From NCBI GenBank assembly GCA_033442325.1, contig JAWQFM010000010.1:1254460-1271487 (forward strand): a stretch of 17,028 bases of DNA, read 5' to 3'. The notes under the pieces are model-generated. The model was not told where the DNA came from, did no database searches, and saw only the letters and a list, made by a program, of their open reading frames with translations. Positions within the stretch are counted from its first letter, which is position 1. Each line of letters starts with the position of its first letter. A program made the position numbers and the translations under genes. Origin of the DNA: Salpingoeca rosetta (Eukaryota > Protista > Choanoflagellata). This document shows, one piece after another, positions 12,644 to 17,028 of the stretch.

Positions 12644-13207
12644 GGTGTGCGCGGCCGAGGAGGTAATGGAAGACGCTTGCGCACTTGAGGAAGTGCATCA
12701 TGCTGCGAGCGTTGTTGGCCCGTTGCAGGATAATGTGCACCATGCTTGGCACAGAGACCTGTGGTTGCTTCGACAGCACAACCAGCGCTGTGTGTGGTGT
12801 GTGGTGTGTGGCGTGTGCATGGTGTGAGGGAGTGACTGAGGTGTGGTGTCTGTCATTGGCATGGCATCAGCCTCGTGTCCCAAACACTAGCAACTCAGGT
12901 CAATACACACACTCACACACAACCACACACATGCACACTCACACACACACATGCACACTCACACACAACCACAATCACACACAATCACACATACACAGGC
13001 ACACAGACACACAGACACAGACACAGCCACACAGACACACACACACAGACACACGCACTCACAGACACACACGACATACTCACTACGGAGGTGCTTCTGC
13101 TTGGGTGGGGTGGGGCAAGAGTCCGTGGCTTTGATGCACGCTGTGCGCGCCTTGTCTCCGAGCCATCCTGAGGCCCACTCCTTCAAGCGCCGACCTTTGG
13201 CAGGCAT
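9445..13207 (-). CDS. ANTH-domain protein (AP180/PICALM-like clathrin assembly adaptor), 14 coding exons, ~374 aa
   Basis: Exons 13207-13084, 12787-12642, 12395-12329, 12109-12052, 11914-11861, 11674-11611, 11460-11419, 11201-11087, 10935-10822, 10572-10535, 10361-10244, 10036-9989, 9848-9790, 9522-9445, all GT-AG and phase-consistent. ANTH hallmarks: ACIKATDSCPTPPKQKHLR (PIP2-binding KAT...PKxKH), LKCASVFHYLL, FTSAYINYIMAR, RLLVVD, ESFFELPKAEAQACLDSY, IPEDIQLQAAPARLLPLMRQH. Confidence 0.85.
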
Positions 13208-13236
13208 CTTTGTCGTCTTCACTCGTTCAGGAGCAG

Positions 13237-13622
13237 CTGGCAGAAAGAGATCGGAGCTGCTTGTTGGTTGCACTTGCACTTGCACTTGCACTTACTGGAT
13301 GTTGCTTCGTCTTCTGGATGCGTTGTGGCTGCGGGAGTCGTGAGTGTGTGTAGTTGATGGTGTTGGAGAACGTGCGTATTGGGGTGAAATGAAGATGGTG
13401 TGAGTTGTCAGGCCTACAGGTGCTATCTTGGTTTGAATGTCTGCGCATGGCCGGTGCAAATCACAGGTTCGCACACACCCCAAGGTCAAGAATAGGCACG
13501 CACACATGCCAACTCACATCACATCCACTCGCCCTCATGCACAAGCACCCTTCTTCCCCTTGGACACGCACCACATACACACGTGCTTGTCTGATCTCCT
13601 TACACGAACAAGAATAGCGCAC
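13237..13622 (-). other. Putative two 5'-UTR introns of the ANTH gene (13622-13329 and 13295-13237)
   Basis: Minus strand: cgcag|GTGCGC...actcccgcAG| then tcca|GTAAGT...tctctttctgccAG|. The flanking exon pieces contain no ATG. Confidence 0.45.
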
Positions 13623-14006
13623 CTGCGTCGCCCGTGCGTGAGTGCGGCTGTGGCCGTGTGACTGCTGTGTCTGCACGCGTGCTGTGCCGCTGCTGCTGGT
13701 TGCGTGTTGCCTGGTGGCTTGCTTTTGTTGTTGTGGTTGCCGTGCTTCTTCTTCTTCTTCGCAATCAAACACACGCGCACGAACGCCAAAAACAGCACAC
13801 AACGAACCACGACTTTGCTTGCACGCACAACGCACACACACACACGGCAACAACACCAGCACCTTCTTCCTGCTTTTGCTGGGCTTGCTTCTTGCTTGCT
13901 TCACTGGGCACGTGATTGTGATCGTGCAGTGATCGTGCGGTGTGATACGTGCACACACGCACGCGCGCGCACGCGGAAGACGTGCAGAAGAAAGAGGTCG
14001 CCGAGG

Positions 14007-14357
14007 ATGCTTGTGGCGGCGACGGGCATTGCCGCCGTTGTGTGGAAGGTGCTGTGGCAGTATGCCAACTCGAGGCGGGAACGTCCGACGGCCGATTGGG
14101 GGTGGCCTGTCCTGGCGACTCGGGAGCATGCCCTTATCACGCCCTCCATCCTTCACTCCACTGTCTACTTTGGAGACAACAAACCCGTCTACGTTGTTGG
14201 CGACATTCACGGCTGCTACGATGAGTTTAAGGTTGGTGCGTGTGTGTGTGTGGCTGTGCATGTGTGCGTGTGCGTGTGTGTGTGTGGCTGTGCATGTGTG
14301 GCTGTGCATGTGCGTGTGTGTGTGTGTATGTGTGTGTGTGGCTGTGCATTTGTGTGT

Positions 14358-14393
<36 letters not shown>

Positions 14394-14399
14394 CTGTGC

Positions 14400-14432
<33 letters not shown>

Positions 14433-15151
14433 ACGGCTGTCTCTGTTGCCCTCTTTCTCTGTCTCTGTCTTTCTCTCTCACCCTCCATGCGCACGTGGTC
14501 TATGTTCTCTTCTTTCTTCCTCCTCTCACGACAGCGCCCGTTGTCACGTGTTGCATTTCACACATCTGCTTGTAGGAGCTGCTGGACATGCTCCCAGCAG
14601 AGTCACACGTGATCCTTGTTGGGGATGTCATTAACAAAGGGCCACAATCACTGGCATGCTTGAGATTAGCCCGCCAGCGCAAATGTCTGATGGTTTGCGG
14701 AAACCACGAGCTCGTCTGCATCTGGTAGGTTATGCAGCGCCCACCCGCTTCCATCCGCTCTTGGGCAATTCTTTCCACCTCCATTTATTGCAACCACCAC
14801 CGCCACCACCAGCAGCAGTAACAGCAGCAGTCGCAGCAGCAGCAGCAGTGGCCGTGCGCTACGCAAGCCTTCGGCTTTCCTCAACTACACTGCGCTCTTC
14901 TACCATCGCTCGAGCATCTCTGTGTTAACAAGTCTGTCCCCCCCCTGCCACCGGACCCGTGCAACTGTTCTCGTGCTTCGCCCTTGTGTACGCTCTCTGC
15001 TCTGTTGCTTGGCACCAGGTACCGCCACTTGCGCCGGTTGAATCCAAGAATCCGGCCAGAGTATGCGTGGCTGGACGACATGACAGACGAGGAAGTTGAG
15101 TTCCTTCGTGAACTCCCTTACACCATCACCCTGCCAGAACTCGACAGCATC

Positions 15152-15152
<1 letters not shown>
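14007..15152 (+). CDS. ApaH-like phosphatase / calcineurin-like metallophosphoesterase (ALPH; Ppn2/bis(5'-nucleosyl)-tetraphosphatase-like), 3'-partial
   Basis: Exons 14007-14231, 14576-14724, 15019-15152. Motifs VVGDIHGCYDEF, ILVGDVINKGPQS, VCGNHE, FLRELPYTITLP. The expected VHAG/FGH/DTGC motifs are not visible and probably lie in the N gap. Hydrophobic N-terminus MLVAATGIAAVVWKVLWQY. Confidence 0.85.
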
Positions 15153-15249
<97 letters not shown>

Positions 15250-15367
15250 TGCGTGTGTGCGCAGTACACGGTGTGCACTTGCTGTGTAGCCTTTGCCTCA
15301 TCTTGATGGTATTGCAGTGTCCATTGCTTGTTGGGTCTTTTCTTTCTACTGCCACATATCGACTCAT

Positions 15368-15423
<56 letters not shown>
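15153..15423 (+). repeat. (GT)n tract at the donor followed by a complementary (CA)n tract in the same intron
   Basis: GT/GC tract 15153-15260; CA tract ~15369-15423. Confidence 0.93.
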
Positions 15424-15424
<1 letters not shown>

Positions 15425-15830
15425 NNNNNNNNNNNNNNNNNNNNNNNNNNNNNNNNNNNNNNNNNNNNNNNNNNNNNNNNNNNNNNNNNNNNNNNNNNNN
15501 NNNNNNNNNNNNNNNNNNNNNNNNNNNNNNNNNNNNNNNNNNNNNNNNNNNNNNNNNNNNNNNNNNNNNNNNNNNNNNNNNNNNNNNNNNNNNNNNNNNN
15601 NNNNNNNNNNNNNNNNNNNNNNNNNNNNNNNNNNNNNNNNNNNNNNNNNNNNNNNNNNNNNNNNNNNNNNNNNNNNNNNNNNNNNNNNNNNNNNNNNNNN
15701 NNNNNNNNNNNNNNNNNNNNNNNNNNNNNNNNNNNNNNNNNNNNNNNNNNNNNNNNNNNNNNNNNNNNNNNNNNNNNNNNNNNNNNNNNNNNNNNNNNNN
15801 NNNNNNNNNNNNNNNNNNNNNNNNNNNNNN
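15425..15830. other. Assembly gap (406 N) probably hiding the 3' exons of the phosphoesterase
   Basis: Run of N following a (CA)n tract. Confidence 0.97.
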
Positions 15831-16804
15831 GTCGTAGTAAATCGTAATCGACATCATAACTGCGGGTGCAGAAAGCCGGAATGCCGATTATTCCCTAACA
15901 TCTTGCTTTATTGTTCTGCTCCGCGTTAACGCCCACAAGAAAAACTTGGTCTTGGCTTGACAGTTGCATTGTTTGGAATGCCACGACAGACACAAAAACC
16001 AAAGAAGGTGAGAACTGTGCGTGTGCTGTATGCTGTTGTGGGCGGCTTGCAGCAGTGTGGCGTGTGTATGTTGTGTGTGGCTCGTGTGGCAGGCACGTTG
16101 GTTCGTTGCGTGTGGTGGTTATGTGTGACATGTCATTCCATTCATTCATTGGAAAGGCATGTCGAGCCACACTGTTCACCCAGTAAGACAGAAGGCTGTT
16201 TGATGGTGCTTGCTGTCCTGTGCGGGATTCGCGGGTGTTTGTGTTTTGGGCGTTTGTGTTTCGGCGAGTCGGCTCGATCTGGGATCAAAGGGGCGTTTAT
16301 TCATCGTCAGCACCACCACCACCACCAGCAGCAACACACAGCACCGCGCAACACACAGCACCGCGCAACACACCGCGCAACACAAATCCTTACTTGTTCG
16401 GTTTCTCTCTCTCTCTCCTTGTCGTGACTGAGCCCCGGGAGGCCGTTCACATCACCCATTTCCCTCGTACAACTTCTACTTCCCCGCACTTGCTCCTTTC
16501 TCGCTGGTTGCCTTGCACGAACCACCCTCCCTTCTCTCACACGCACATACAAACACACGCACACACGATTCACCTCGTTCACACACTTACGGACGCTTTC
16601 CGCTCTCTCGTTCCCATCCATCGTGGTTCTATTTTCCCTGTCGCGGCTTGACACCTGCGCACTCTCCCGTGCGCATCCTGGACGTTTGGCTCTTGCGATC
16701 CCACCAAACCCCCAAAGCAAACCAAAGCAAGCAAACCAAGCAAACAAGAAGCTTCATCCCAGTTTTGTTGCTGAACACGCTCGACCAATTCCCCCAACAC
16801 AGCC

Positions 16805-17028
16805 ATGTGTGGCATCTTCGCTTACCTCAACCACAATGTTGAGCGCGACCGCAAGTTCATCGTGGACACGCTCATCAAGGGCCTGAAGCGCCTGGAGTAC
16901 CGCGGCTACGACTCCGCCGGTATTGCCATTGATGGTGACGACAAGCAGGCTGAGGATGTCAACAACATCACCATCATCCGCAGCCGTGGCAAGGTCCAGA
17001 CCCTGGAAGACAAGGCACACCAAGCGGT
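16805..17028 (+). CDS. GFPT1: Glutamine--fructose-6-phosphate aminotransferase (GFAT), N-terminal part, runs off the window
   Basis: gccATG then MCGIFAYLNHNVERDRKFIVDTLIKGLKRLEYRGYDSAGIAIDG...IIRSRGKVQTL. It has the Ntn-amidotransferase Cys1, the LEYRGYDSAG signature and the eukaryote-type CGIFAYLN start. Absent from the ORF track because there is no stop in the window; a possible donor lies at 17027. Confidence 0.96.
   Translation, partial: MCGIFAYLNHNVERDRKFIVDTLIKGLKRLEYRGYDSAGIAIDGDDKQAEDVNNITIIRSRGKVQTLEDKAHQA

Noticed and set aside
13299-13339. Possible extra first coding exon for the phosphatase (MLLRLLDALWLRES|gtgagt)
   Set aside because: It is phase-compatible with an acceptor at 13987, but it overlaps the better-supported minus-strand ANTH leader and lies upstream of the skew switch. 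Unsupported without cDNA.
15831-16300. Hidden minus-strand gene or remaining phosphatase exons after the gap
   Set aside because: No VHAG/FGH/DTGC motifs or convincing ORF plus splice sites were found; the region looks like 3' UTR or intergenic DNA.
16200-16804. glmS ribozyme upstream of the GFAT gene
   Set aside because: No recognisable AGCGCC...GACGAGG core by eye, and the gene is eukaryotic-type. An Rfam RF00234 scan would be decisive.
4098-17028. Functional gene cluster (protease, dioxygenase, ANTH, phosphatase, GFAT)
   Set aside because: Mixed orientations and unrelated pathways. Adjacency is expected in a compact genome and nothing in the sequence shows co-regulation.

Overview
Intron-rich, gene-dense eukaryotic genomic DNA whose introns are packed with (GT)n/(CA)n microsatellites. 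The style and gene content suggest a choanoflagellate such as Salpingoeca rosetta (inference only). Most ORF-track entries are repeat artefacts. Manual splicing with GT-AG boundaries and consistent phases gives seven genes: (1) SOSS-B/NABP ssDNA-binding protein (-, 115-1215); (2) enkurin-domain protein ENKD1 (+, 1320-3439), head-to-head with gene 1; (3) secreted metzincin metalloprotease with a bacterial-type catalytic domain, PPC-like domain and poly-Thr stalk (+, 4098-7193); (4) PhyH-family Fe(II)/2OG dioxygenase with a mitochondrial-type presequence exon (-, 7694-9207); (5) 14-exon short-tailed ANTH protein (-, 9445-13207); (6) ApaH-like metallophosphoesterase truncated by an assembly gap (+, from 14007); (7) the start of GFAT (+, 16805 to window end). 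There are two N gaps. The most interesting points are two adjacent candidate bacteria-derived genes and a polarised GT-5'/CA-3' intron repeat architecture with many acceptors lacking a pyrimidine tract.
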